A stretch of DNA of 36,847 nt from Candidatus Coatesbacteria bacterium (GTDB lineage: Bacteria; JAFGND01): NCBI GenBank assembly GCA_016927185.1, contig JAFGND010000027.1:1-36847 (forward strand). The letters run 5' to 3'. Shown here one piece after another: positions 9,191 to 18,367 of this stretch (within the stretch, counting starts at the first letter, position 1; each line of letters opens with the position of its first letter). A program made the position numbers and the translations under genes. The notes under the pieces are model-generated. The model searched no databases and was not told the origin of the DNA. It saw nothing but the letters and a program-made list of their open reading frames with translations.

Positions 9191-9634
9191 CTAATACTCC
9201 TTGTAAAAAATCCTGTCTGACAGGTTAAGAGATTCAAACTCAATGCTTATCTGTACATTGACATTCGTTTTCAGCCATCGTAAAGGTCTGGGATAAAAGG
9301 AGTTCACGACATAGACAGTATATTCTGCAGTACCGTCTTCATGAGGCTTGAACGAAAGGGGAGCAAAGCATGTCCAGAGAGAGAAATATGTAGTGATGGC
9401 TGTTGTAGTGATATCTACTGCTGCCTTGTATCTGAATCCTGCCACAACCTTTTCTTCAACCAGATGCTCTGATGATACGTTCAAATCATTCATGAAATGG
9501 CATTTCTCATGCTCCTCCCTCAATGTCCATGCAAGTATATCTAAAGTCCTGTATGAGCTTTGCTCAGGCAGCTTTACCTGAGGCTTTCCAGTTCCTCCTG
9601 ATACCTTGCCGAATTCAGGTTCGAATAATCCCAT
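9191..9634 (-). CDS. Putative minor/distal tail protein, paralog A
   Basis: RBS AAGGAG; G(F/Y)RYxA...Y..L...LxFxP...YxV pattern shared with 8780-9190. Confidence 0.45.
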   Translation of the reverse strand: MGLFEPEFGKVSGGTGKPQVKLPEQSSYRTLDILAWTLREEHEKCHFMNDLNVSSEHLVEEKVVAGFRYKAAVDITTTAITTYFSLWTCFAPLSFKPHEDGTAEYTVYVVNSFYPRPLRWLKTNVNVQISIEFESLNLSDRIFYKEY

Positions 9635-9646
9635 ATTGTCTCCTTG

Positions 9647-12496
9647 TTAAGTGTATTTCCTTATCGTCATGCTGCATACCTTGTTCATGAAATCAAGCCT
9701 CAAGGAAACAAGGGAATACAATCCATCCGAGACTGTAGAAAACCCACTCAAGAGAATCCTGTCTTCATGAACAAGAAGCTCAGGAAGATATATGGAATCT
9801 ATGTTTATTACTGCAGCCTGCTTTCCCAGATTTCCTGAAATCACTGGAAGGATTTCCTCCACGATCCCATCTGAGATAGCCATTGATAAGTCCCTTTCAG
9901 TAACCTTGTAATTGACTGAACCATGACTTGCTTCCCTGGTACCTGAAGGAAGTGGAATACGAACGGCTATACCATTTGCTTCATGGCTGGCATTCTCCTT
10001 GTCATAAGCAAACTCAACGCTGGTGCATTTTTCAGGAGATATAGTCATTGGTTCAGTAGCATAAGCTGTCCTGGGCATGAAATAGGCTATACCTCGGTTG
10101 TCCATACCTGCATTATAATTGCATAGCCACGCAAGATCCCTGATTATCTTCAAGGAAGATGCATTAGGAGAAAACAATTCAGGGAAAAAGTGGAGTTTGA
10201 AAGTCTTTGAGCATTTGTAAAGCATACCTCCCTGATCCACGAAATAAAGGTCTTTGAAACTGAAATCAGTTACAATATTTGATATTATCCTTCCCCTTAT
10301 TATTCCAGTACCATATACATTGCTTCCCCTTTCATCAGATTGGGAAACAGCTATCTCACCGAAATCCGAAATGCTGCTTTCAGTCTGGAATTTCCTTGCA
10401 AAATAGCAGCTTCTCTGGGGATCACCTTGTATCTCTAAAGCCGGGTTTTGAAGAAGGAAGAATTTATCCTCTTCTTCATAAGTCATTGCAGGACGGGCAC
10501 TTTGAAGTCTGTATGGCTTTGCATTACTCCCGCCTGTTGTGTCATTTTCAGGATCATCTGAGCTTATCACGTATCCCTGATTGTCTATTGAAAGTACCAA
10601 ACCAGTCTCAAGTCCTCTTGTCCTGCTTTCTATTGTTTCAAGTGCAGTTCCAACAGTATGAAAGCCGAAAACTGTAAGATAATAGACACCATTCGGGTAA
10701 CAGTCAAATCCGGTTGCATAAATGTATTCTAATTGCGATTCTGAACCAGCCCAGCCTCTGTTAATTACAAGACCACCTCCCTGCATTCTTATTCCCTCAA
10801 GTGTAACTGGATTGAACATGTCTTTGGGATTTGCAAGATCCTGATTATATCTTCTCAGTGTGCAAAGTGAATAATAGCTGAGATCCTTGCCATCAAGACT
10901 TTTAAACCTTTCGAAAGTGTATCTTGTGACATAAATCCTGTTATAAATGTCCACTATCAAGTCCGGCTGGAAACAGTGTACACCGACATTTGCCTTAAGT
11001 GCATGGTTTCCTCTCTGCCACTGGAGATTTAGTTCGAAGAAGGCAGTATTCTCTGCTGTTCGTGGAGCAATTCCCAGAAATGCCCACCATCCTTTTGGAA
11101 GGATAAGGCTTGTCTCTGAAGTGAAAATGACTTCGAATGAGTTTTGAAGAGTGACGAGACTTGTGTCTGCAGGACCATTTCTCCTGACAGCGAACAATCT
11201 GTATCCCTTGCTTCTGTTAGCCCATGTGTTTTGCTGATTGAAGCCGACTGTAACTCTTACTCCTCTTGACTTTGCATATTCAAACTCAAATTCTGCCTCA
11301 GCTTGTGTTTCGCAACTTCTAAGTCTGTAACTATTTATAACTTTTGTTCCAGGTATATAGAAATTGTTGCCTGAATAATTAAGGGGAAGCAAGCCACCTG
11401 TTGGTGAATCTCCCGGGGCATGATACCCGAAACCCTCGAGATTCCATATATAACCATTCCCTGCAAAGAAAAACTTGTGCATTTCAATAGAGCTTATTGT
11501 TGGCTCACTGTAAAGGAAATTGACTGATCTTCCAACAGGTTTTGCAACTGTAAGAAGCTCCCATAAAACAGGAGAAGTTGAAGTAGTTGTCCATGATGTT
11601 GAAACATCAACGCTGCCTTTTGAAGTCCATGTATCTGCATTCAGTCTCTCAAGCCTGTGTCTTACAGGTGCAGACTGTCCCGCCTCCTTGAATGCCCTGT
11701 AAAGATAGAGGTCAGATGCTGTATCTGGCAGTGGAGACATAGCAATGGCAAGAAATGTTTCCTGAAGAGCACTTTCAAGGGCTGTTGTAACCTCTTCAGT
11801 ATCCATGTCATATACTATCAATTTTGCCGAGTGTTCTTCATTGCATTGCCCGTCGAAATTATCATAATACATTATCCCGTCCTGGGAAGTATTGACGGCA
11901 GGTTTTCTTGCAATGAAGTAAATCCTCTTCCTGAATGCATCAAGAACCAGATTTCTGGGGCTGTATGACAGAAGGCTTTCCTGGACTTTTTCTGGAACAA
12001 GCCTTTTCAAAGGGTTGGCTATGAACAGGTCCCTTGATTTAAAAACAGGGCTTTCAGTTAGCATGCCTTCCAGATTGTCGATGCTATTGAACAAGGTTTT
12101 TACTGCATATTCAGCTTCAAGAGGATCCCTTCTGAACATGCCGTTTTCATAGTCAACCAGCCTGAAAGACGCATTATTATTAAGCGTTTCAAGGGGATTC
12201 CTTGCACGCAGCCTTCTCTTCTGATAACCTGAAGCTTCTATTTCAGATACATTTCCAGTGAAAACTCTTATTGGATTGACATTTGGATATTTGCTGTTGT
12301 CTGTTATCTTCTGGAAAATAAGTAACCTTCCATCTTTCTGCTCAAGCATTGGAATTGTTGATACTGACAATGTGCTGCTCACAATATCAATTTGAACCTC
12401 AGTTACATAAGCGCTTGTGTCGAAAGATGCAGGGGAAAGTGAAGTAACACCTGATTTCAGGCTCACACTGCTTATTGAACCAGTTACGCTAGACAT
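9647..12496 (-). CDS. Large putative tail-tip / host-recognition protein (949 aa)
   Basis: Position after the tape measure; IFTG-like VFTGNVSEI near the N-terminus, beta-rich centre, C-terminal DRILL...YSLVSLRLDF typical of hub/Tal ends. No precise family recognised. Confidence 0.55.
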   Translation of the reverse strand: MSSVTGSISSVSLKSGVTSLSPASFDTSAYVTEVQIDIVSSTLSVSTIPMLEQKDGRLLIFQKITDNSKYPNVNPIRVFTGNVSEIEASGYQKRRLRARNPLETLNNNASFRLVDYENGMFRRDPLEAEYAVKTLFNSIDNLEGMLTESPVFKSRDLFIANPLKRLVPEKVQESLLSYSPRNLVLDAFRKRIYFIARKPAVNTSQDGIMYYDNFDGQCNEEHSAKLIVYDMDTEEVTTALESALQETFLAIAMSPLPDTASDLYLYRAFKEAGQSAPVRHRLERLNADTWTSKGSVDVSTSWTTTSTSPVLWELLTVAKPVGRSVNFLYSEPTISSIEMHKFFFAGNGYIWNLEGFGYHAPGDSPTGGLLPLNYSGNNFYIPGTKVINSYRLRSCETQAEAEFEFEYAKSRGVRVTVGFNQQNTWANRSKGYRLFAVRRNGPADTSLVTLQNSFEVIFTSETSLILPKGWWAFLGIAPRTAENTAFFELNLQWQRGNHALKANVGVHCFQPDLIVDIYNRIYVTRYTFERFKSLDGKDLSYYSLCTLRRYNQDLANPKDMFNPVTLEGIRMQGGGLVINRGWAGSESQLEYIYATGFDCYPNGVYYLTVFGFHTVGTALETIESRTRGLETGLVLSIDNQGYVISSDDPENDTTGGSNAKPYRLQSARPAMTYEEEDKFFLLQNPALEIQGDPQRSCYFARKFQTESSISDFGEIAVSQSDERGSNVYGTGIIRGRIISNIVTDFSFKDLYFVDQGGMLYKCSKTFKLHFFPELFSPNASSLKIIRDLAWLCNYNAGMDNRGIAYFMPRTAYATEPMTISPEKCTSVEFAYDKENASHEANGIAVRIPLPSGTREASHGSVNYKVTERDLSMAISDGIVEEILPVISGNLGKQAAVINIDSIYLPELLVHEDRILLSGFSTVSDGLYSLVSLRLDFMNKVCSMTIRKYT

Positions 12497-13286
12497 AAAT
12501 CACTCTTTCCACTTTTATCTTGCTTAATGAATAATATGCTGATCTCAACTGATAATTGTTTGCTACAGAGCTGTTCCAGAAATGCCCATGTCCAACTCCA
12601 AAGCCTATTCTTTCTGGATTGTAGCTAATGCCATCATAATAAAAAATGACTTCATTATTTATGGATATCTTGAAACAGGGAACTCTGCCAGAGGAGAAAT
12701 TGACTTTCCAGTTCCATTCAGTTGATCGCATGAAATTCCATCCCAGATATGGCTTGAGGGATCTGAGCATCTTTATTTCACCCTTGTCTGTTATTCCAGC
12801 CCATAATCTGGTCTTGAACTGACCGCTTGAGAAGAAAGGCTCATTTATGGTATGGTATGCAATGCAGAACTGAAGAGAATTTGAAAGCCCTGCATCCATG
12901 CCTGCAATGAAACAAACCTCACCTGAAGGATTGTCAAGGCTTTCAACAGTGAATGTTGCCTGCCATGAGTCAGTCAAATCTCCCAGTACGCTGCTTTCAG
13001 GATATATTACAAGCGGATATTGTATTATTGTCTTCCCAGCAGAGAATGGATTGACTGAGCCTTCTTTTGGAACTCCTGTGTCAATAAGCAGCTTGTTTTT
13101 GGAAACTTCGCTGTTGAAGGCATAGTAGCCATCATTATCGAAGCTGTAATTAAGTGTTTCGAATGAACTGAAACCATCATGGAAATTTTCAACTCTCCAT
13201 GGACCATCCCATGCAATGCCGACAGGGAAATCAACACCTGCCGGTTGCATCTCAAGTGTTTTCCAGACCGAAGAAACTTCCTGCAT
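12489..13286 (-). CDS. Putative tail-associated beta-rich protein
   Basis: Directly after the tape measure, overlaps the next gene by 8 nt; aromatic and beta-strand-rich. Confidence 0.5.
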   Translation of the reverse strand: MQEVSSVWKTLEMQPAGVDFPVGIAWDGPWRVENFHDGFSSFETLNYSFDNDGYYAFNSEVSKNKLLIDTGVPKEGSVNPFSAGKTIIQYPLVIYPESSVLGDLTDSWQATFTVESLDNPSGEVCFIAGMDAGLSNSLQFCIAYHTINEPFFSSGQFKTRLWAGITDKGEIKMLRSLKPYLGWNFMRSTEWNWKVNFSSGRVPCFKISINNEVIFYYDGISYNPERIGFGVGHGHFWNSSVANNYQLRSAYYSLSKIKVERVIYV

Positions 13287-13289
13287 ATT

Positions 13290-14816
13290 CTATCCTTTGA
13301 AAAAAGATATTGAGCGGAGTTCTGGGATAAGCACGTCCTTAACCCATATCCGCACATTATTCCTGTCAGTTCCATAAAGATTTTTTATCTCTATGTTTAT
13401 GGAGGGAGGCTGGTTTTCTGTAACACCTTTCCTGATGCCGCTTTTAAAAGGAGCAATATTCCTTGATTCAGAAGGTTCAGAAAGCATTGACTTTGGTATT
13501 ACAAGTTCACCTGCATGAAGCATTGCAAGCTGATCCCTCTTTATCAATCCTCCCTCAGAAAGCCCTGCAATAAAGGATCTTGCACTTCCATAAAGAGCAT
13601 ACCCGGCAAGAATTTCCGGAAAATCCTTAATGGCAGACAATCCTCCTGTAATTATCGAATTGGCTATTGCATTCACCTTTGCTACAAGCAGCTTTGCTGC
13701 CGTGTAATCAAGAAGAGATAATGCAATATTCTTAAGCATTGTCTTCATTCCATGCTCCTGCCCCTTTATCCCGGCAATCAATCCCTCACCAACAGCACTT
13801 CCAAGATTCTGCATCAAGAAAGCAGTCTGTTCCACTTTCCTCTGAGTATCTGACGCAATCTGGGATAGTATCTTGTCATGCAGTCCCTGAAGTCTTCCAA
13901 GTTCTTCTTCGGAAGCCAATCCAGCCTGCCTCATCATTGCAATCTCATTTTCTATCTTCAGTACAAAAGCCTTTGGATCCTGCGTTGTTTTTGCCTCTTC
14001 GGCAAGAAGCGAGTATTCCTTTCTGAAGGATTCTTCACGCTCCGCCTTTTCTTTCAACATTCCATGTTTCCTGATTTCCACTTCAGCTTTCATGGCATCA
14101 AGCTGGTATTTTTCACTAAGTTTGTAATAATCTCTCAGCAGGGCAAGATGACCTGATACTTCTGTCTGCCATATTTCCTCTTTTCTCCTGCTTGTCTGTT
14201 CTTCAGATGAAAGGTTCATGAATTGAAGTTTTGCACGTTCCTCTGAAATCTTGTATTGATTCTGAAGTTCCTTTACTGCTTCCTCATCGAAATAAGTACT
14301 GCTTGCGGAAGTTCTCATGACATCTTCCACAGGATTCAGTTTCTCCAGTTTGCTGCTGATGCCTGAAAGCACGCCATACAACTTTGCTGCATTTGACGCT
14401 GCATCAGAAAAAGAGCTGCTCCATCTGCTTCCCTGGCTGTTCAGCTCATTGAATATGGAACCTGTTGCATCAAGCAGCGAGGAAGTTTTAGATATTGCCA
14501 TCCCGGTGCTTTCCCATGCACCAGAAAGAGCTTCAGCAGGTGCAGATGTGCTTTCCGAAAGGCTCAGGATGTTTGCGAATAAGTCTGCCACTGGTTTTGC
14601 GGAACTGCTGATGCTGGATAATTCGTTGCTCCACATTGACAAGTCCTTCCTTGTCTTCTCCACTGACAGAATTACGTCCTTGTTACTGTTTGCAAGAGAA
14701 TTGAAGCAGGCAGTGCCTTTATTCTCTAATTCCCTGAAATCCTGCTTCATTGTATCAAGTAACTGCAGCAGGTTTTTCGCTCCCAAGAGCAAATCAAGTG
14801 AATTGAAATCAGCCAT
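13290..14816 (-). CDS. Tail tape measure protein (about 508 aa)
   Basis: Helical Ala/Ser/Glu-rich sequence with C-terminal GLSEGGLI...AMLHAGELVIP typical of tape measure ends. The true start is probably ATG 14816 after AGGAGG, coupled (TAATG) to the frameshift ORF. Confidence 0.85.
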   Translation of the reverse strand: MADFNSLDLLLGAKNLLQLLDTMKQDFRELENKGTACFNSLANSNKDVILSVEKTRKDLSMWSNELSSISSSAKPVADLFANILSLSESTSAPAEALSGAWESTGMAISKTSSLLDATGSIFNELNSQGSRWSSSFSDAASNAAKLYGVLSGISSKLEKLNPVEDVMRTSASSTYFDEEAVKELQNQYKISEERAKLQFMNLSSEEQTSRRKEEIWQTEVSGHLALLRDYYKLSEKYQLDAMKAEVEIRKHGMLKEKAEREESFRKEYSLLAEEAKTTQDPKAFVLKIENEIAMMRQAGLASEEELGRLQGLHDKILSQIASDTQRKVEQTAFLMQNLGSAVGEGLIAGIKGQEHGMKTMLKNIALSLLDYTAAKLLVAKVNAIANSIITGGLSAIKDFPEILAGYALYGSARSFIAGLSEGGLIKRDQLAMLHAGELVIPKSMLSEPSESRNIAPFKSGIRKGVTENQPPSINIEIKNLYGTDRNNVRIWVKDVLIPELRSISFFKG

Positions 14817-14965
14817 TATCCTCCTGACATTATTTGCCAAAGCGCATGATCAAAATACATGAAAAGGGATTCGCTAATTCTGAATCCAAGTAATGACAGT
14901 TTCCTGAGTATCATTCCTGCCAGCAAGCCTGAGGTTATCATTTCGCATCCATCCTCGTCACAGTT
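14816..14965 (-). CDS. -1 frame extension of the tail assembly chaperone (gpGT-like C-terminal part, 49 aa)
   Basis: Open -1 frame NCDEDGCEMITSGLLAGMILRKLSLLGFRISESLFMYFDHALWQIMSGG* runs from the A9 tract to a TAA overlapping the tape measure ATG. Confidence 0.7.
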   Translation of the reverse strand, partial: NCDEDGCEMITSGLLAGMILRKLSLLGFRISESLFMYFDHALWQIMSGG

Positions 14966-15441
14966 TTTTTTTCCAGATCCTCCCTCAGTATTTCAGATGC
15001 AGCCCATGTCTGGACAAATAGCAATCTTACTGCCTCTATATAGGCTTCCAGGTCTTCATCAAGCCTGATGCGGGATGAATACTTGAGAATTTCCCTTTTT
15101 AGCTCTGATGGAGTTCGCTCAAGCACGGAAGTGCATTTGTCTTCATCCTGATTTGCAAGCAGATAGAGTATCAAGGCTACGTTTTCAACGGAAAGTGAGA
15201 TCTCTGCCATATCCTTCAGGGGAAAAGCATTCTCAAGCAGAATGTAGAAGCTGAGCTTTGGTTTCGGGATTTTCAATCCATCTGGTCCTTCAATCTCCTT
15301 TTTCAGTAGAGTTGTCATATTAGAAGCTTTGGCAGCCTTTTTTCTTGTTTCTTCTGCTTTTTTCGCTTTCACCTTCTCCTTGACTTCCATTGTTCTTTTT
15401 AACCAGTGACTGTCCATATTACTCATATTTTCGAATTCCAT
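14938..15441 (-). CDS. Tail assembly chaperone (gpG-like)
   Basis: Between tail tube and tape measure; slippery GAA AAA AAA AC near the 3' end; start ATG 15441 follows AAGGAG (track gives TTG 15462). Confidence 0.75.
   Translation of the reverse strand: MEFENMSNMDSHWLKRTMEVKEKVKAKKAEETRKKAAKASNMTTLLKKEIEGPDGLKIPKPKLSFYILLENAFPLKDMAEISLSVENVALILYLLANQDEDKCTSVLERTPSELKREILKYSSRIRLDEDLEAYIEAVRLLFVQTWAASEILREDLEKKTVTRMDAK
14964..14972 (-). other. Programmed -1 ribosomal frameshift site (A AAA AAA)
   Basis: A9 run in X XXY YYZ register at the position conserved in long-tailed phages. Confidence 0.7.
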
Positions 15442-15491
15442 ATTACTTATCTCCTTTTTCAAAGACCCGCTTTGCAGCGAGTCTTGTTTAA

Positions 15492-16247
15492 TTAATCGTT
15501 GAAATAAATGACGATATCGCCATCAATAAGGTTATCTGCATGCGCATCAAAACCGAATGGAGCATTTTTTCCAGTATCTCCACCGAAATCGAAACCCGAT
15601 GTTCTTCTCACTCTCTTCAGGTAGATAATGCAGTCCTTGAAAGCATTGCTACCCGTAGCGATAGGGGATGCGAATTTCGTGGATATATACATTGCAAAAG
15701 TCCTTGGAAGATCGTCTGGAGCGATTGTAACTGCAGCACCGGTTGTGTTCACATAGGGATAAGTGAGATCCACAATCGTGTCTTCAGCACTATTGAAATG
15801 TATTACAGTACTACCTTCTGCAGTATGGGTGAACTGGAAATGTCCATTGATCGTGAAAGATGAAACCCAGACATAACCTTTGCCAGTTCCTTTCCCGACA
15901 ACTTTCATTTCTCCCTGCCCAGAAGGGGTTTCTGAGAGAACTGCATCAGAAGATATAATGGTTTTGCTTTCCCTCTTTAGTGAAATCCCTCCATCATAAG
16001 ATACGCTTCCTCCAGTGAGACTTACAAGCCCTCTCGGATTTATCGTAAGGAACTTGAGTTTCAAGCTTACATCCTGGCTTACCGGGAGATAGTATTTTCC
16101 CGCAGAATCACCCTTGACAAGCTCAATGTTCTCTGTTTCGAAGGTGATCCTTGCTTCTTGAATCTCACCGAATTCAACCTTGTTAGTAGTATCGAATGCT
16201 ATTCCCTGCCCGATTAGAACATGGCGCATTCCTTCAGTAGATCGCAT
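15492..16247 (-). CDS. Major tail (tube) protein
   Basis: Position; N-terminal IGQG...EFGEIQEARITFETE strand pattern typical of siphophage tubes; RBS AAGGAG. Confidence 0.7.
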   Translation of the reverse strand: MRSTEGMRHVLIGQGIAFDTTNKVEFGEIQEARITFETENIELVKGDSAGKYYLPVSQDVSLKLKFLTINPRGLVSLTGGSVSYDGGISLKRESKTIISSDAVLSETPSGQGEMKVVGKGTGKGYVWVSSFTINGHFQFTHTAEGSTVIHFNSAEDTIVDLTYPYVNTTGAAVTIAPDDLPRTFAMYISTKFASPIATGSNAFKDCIIYLKRVRRTSGFDFGGDTGKNAPFGFDAHADNLIDGDIVIYFND

Positions 16248-16268
16248 AATGTTTACTCCTTGTTTTTG

Positions 16269-16616
16269 CTAGCTCAACTTGATACGAAATGACTTGATTT
16301 CGCCCTTGTTCCTGAGCTCATCCTTGCGCTTCTCATATCTGTGACCGAGTTTGTCCAGCAAGGTGTTGAGAACTTCAGTAAGCTCCTGTTTTCCTCCTAC
16401 ATGAGCATGAGTCTGTATAACTAATGCATGATAGTCTTCCAGGCATTCAGTAAGCACGAACTCTATTACCTGCATTCTGGCATTAAGGTAGATAAGTGTC
16501 TCATCAACATCATCTTCAGACGCCCTGCCAAGGAAGAATGAAAGCCTTGCAGTATCGAATGCGGTAAGAGTGCATAATATACCCAGATAGGTTTTCAGTC
16601 CAGATACGCTTGCCAT
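16269..16616 (-). CDS. Putative head-tail connector/adaptor
   Basis: 115 aa helical protein directly after the capsid gene; SVSGLKTYLGI resembles gp6/gp15-type adaptor N-termini. Confidence 0.55.
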   Translation of the reverse strand: MASVSGLKTYLGILCTLTAFDTARLSFFLGRASEDDVDETLIYLNARMQVIEFVLTECLEDYHALVIQTHAHVGGKQELTEVLNTLLDKLGHRYEKRKDELRNKGEIKSFRIKLS

Positions 16617-16618
16617 GA

Positions 16619-17530
16619 CTAGACTGGATTGGAGCCGAAAATGAAACGCCAGTCTGTGAAACCATAGCTGTAACGCGCATAAGCACGAAATTTTGCCACA
16701 AGCGTTTCGAATTCCTGATCCTTCTCGAACTCGAGAGGAATCCTGTCTATCCAGTACAGGAACTGCTTCATCATTGTAGTATCAATCAAAAACCAGTTAT
16801 TCTGGTCATTAAGGTATTCCCATACAAGAAGTTTCCAGCCCTTCTCATTCCATACATTCACTGTATTTGCATTTGGAAGCTGCTTGGAGCGGAGAATTTC
16901 TATTGCCTTGTTCTCAAGATGTCTTGGGACTAAAAGCAAATCAGGGATTACTCTTATTATCTGTCCCCTGTCATCTACAAATCCGCGCATTCTCTCTTCA
17001 GCATTTGCAAGAGCTGCTTCAGAAAGTTCTTCATTTCCCTTGTTTGAGAAAATGTCAGAAGAAACTCCAGAAGGAGTTCCTACGGGATGATAGTCTGAAC
17101 ATAATGACGCACCATCGCCTCCAGGGAAATCATCATTGAATGCATTCTCGAAAACGCTTGATGCATCACCCTCTATCCTGCGGAATGCTGCCACTCCTAG
17201 TGACTGAACCCTGCCTTTCATTATCTGATACAGTTCGTCATCAAAAAGCGCTCTCTCAACTTTTATTCCAAGAGCATATTCCTTGTGCGTGAACGTTACA
17301 GGGAAACCTGCAGCAGATTCATCATACTGGACTACAGCCGGATTTCCATCATGACCGAATGCCTTGAGTTGCGAAAGAGCTCCCACCGAGCGGAAAAGCT
17401 CTGATCCATTCTTGCTTTCAATATGAGTGAAAAGAAGCTCCTTTTTTCCAGGATGCATCTGATAGGTATTAAAGAAGATCTCTCTCAATGCGGGATACAG
17501 AATATCCGCAAAATCTGCACTATGTAACAT
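16619..17530 (-). CDS. Major capsid protein (HK97 fold, Mu gpT-like family)
   Basis: 303 aa; YALGIKVERALFDD, GGDGASLCSDYHP, PDLLLVPRHLE, WFLID, ARYSYGFTDWRFIFGS are typical of this capsid family. Confidence 0.88.
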   Translation of the reverse strand: MLHSADFADILYPALREIFFNTYQMHPGKKELLFTHIESKNGSELFRSVGALSQLKAFGHDGNPAVVQYDESAAGFPVTFTHKEYALGIKVERALFDDELYQIMKGRVQSLGVAAFRRIEGDASSVFENAFNDDFPGGDGASLCSDYHPVGTPSGVSSDIFSNKGNEELSEAALANAEERMRGFVDDRGQIIRVIPDLLLVPRHLENKAIEILRSKQLPNANTVNVWNEKGWKLLVWEYLNDQNNWFLIDTTMMKQFLYWIDRIPLEFEKDQEFETLVAKFRAYARYSYGFTDWRFIFGSNPV

Positions 17531-17533
17531 AAC

Positions 17534-17974
17534 TTATCCCTTCGAAATGACAGTTCCTGTGAAACAGAATTTACAGGTCTGCCCTTTTGTGTCTTTCTGA
17601 AGAAGGTATAATGTACCATCAACAACATCAGCTGCATCAACCATATCAGAGGATGAAGCTATATCAACAGTGTTCTTTCCAGGAAGAAATCCTGCTGCAG
17701 GAGTTCCTGAATAGGGTGCTTCCCAGACCTGATATGGTGTCACTCTGTAAAGTTTTACAAGCCTTCCTGCGGAGACTGTTCCTGCCTCCACATCTGCAAC
17801 GCTTATTCCCAGAACATCATCAATTGCATCTGTTACTGGTATTGCATTATTTATCTCTGTTCCATGCTTGAAAACCATGCCAGCGATTATTGCAGAAGTG
17901 GTTCCCAAAGTCCATTCCTCGACAACTGGACCTGAGCAGTTGCCTGATAAATCGTAACGGTATTTGATACTCAT
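17534..17974 (-). CDS. Putative capsid decoration/cement protein
   Basis: About 146 aa, Gly/Ala/Val-rich, between scaffold and capsid; VLGISVAD pattern; start probably ATG 17974. Confidence 0.55.
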   Translation of the reverse strand: MSIKYRYDLSGNCSGPVVEEWTLGTTSAIIAGMVFKHGTEINNAIPVTDAIDDVLGISVADVEAGTVSAGRLVKLYRVTPYQVWEAPYSGTPAAGFLPGKNTVDIASSSDMVDAADVVDGTLYLLQKDTKGQTCKFCFTGTVISKG

Positions 17975-17989
17975 TAGTCTGCCTTTCAA

Positions 17990-18367
17990 TTATTTCTTGT
18001 TTCTTGCATAATCTGAATAGTCTATGCCAAATCCCTCTGCAATATCTCTTTCAAGTGGAGAGAGGGAAGATGATGGTTTCATGCGGGATGAAGCAGGGAC
18101 AGTATCTATAACTTTGTCCAGCACCTGCCTTGAAATCTCTATCTGTCTTTCAATTTCATAAACAGAATTGCCATTAACAAGATCAGCAAGAGGTCCTTCT
18201 ATTCCTTCATCTTTCAGGCGCTCACTTCTGTAAATTGAAAGCTTCATTCTTTCAATCTCCTCCTTGAGTGTCTTGTTCTCGATTTCAAGATTAGACAATT
18301 GAATGTCATTTTCATTTACAGTTTCGGGTTTTTCAGTATTTATTCCCTTTTCTTCGATTTCGTTCAT
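17990..18367 (-). CDS. Putative capsid scaffolding protein
   Basis: Acidic N-terminus, coiled coil, C-terminal LSPLERDIAEGFGIDYSDYARNKK resembling scaffold capsid-binding tails; ATGA overlap with portal. Confidence 0.65.
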   Translation of the reverse strand: MNEIEEKGINTEKPETVNENDIQLSNLEIENKTLKEEIERMKLSIYRSERLKDEGIEGPLADLVNGNSVYEIERQIEISRQVLDKVIDTVPASSRMKPSSSLSPLERDIAEGFGIDYSDYARNKK

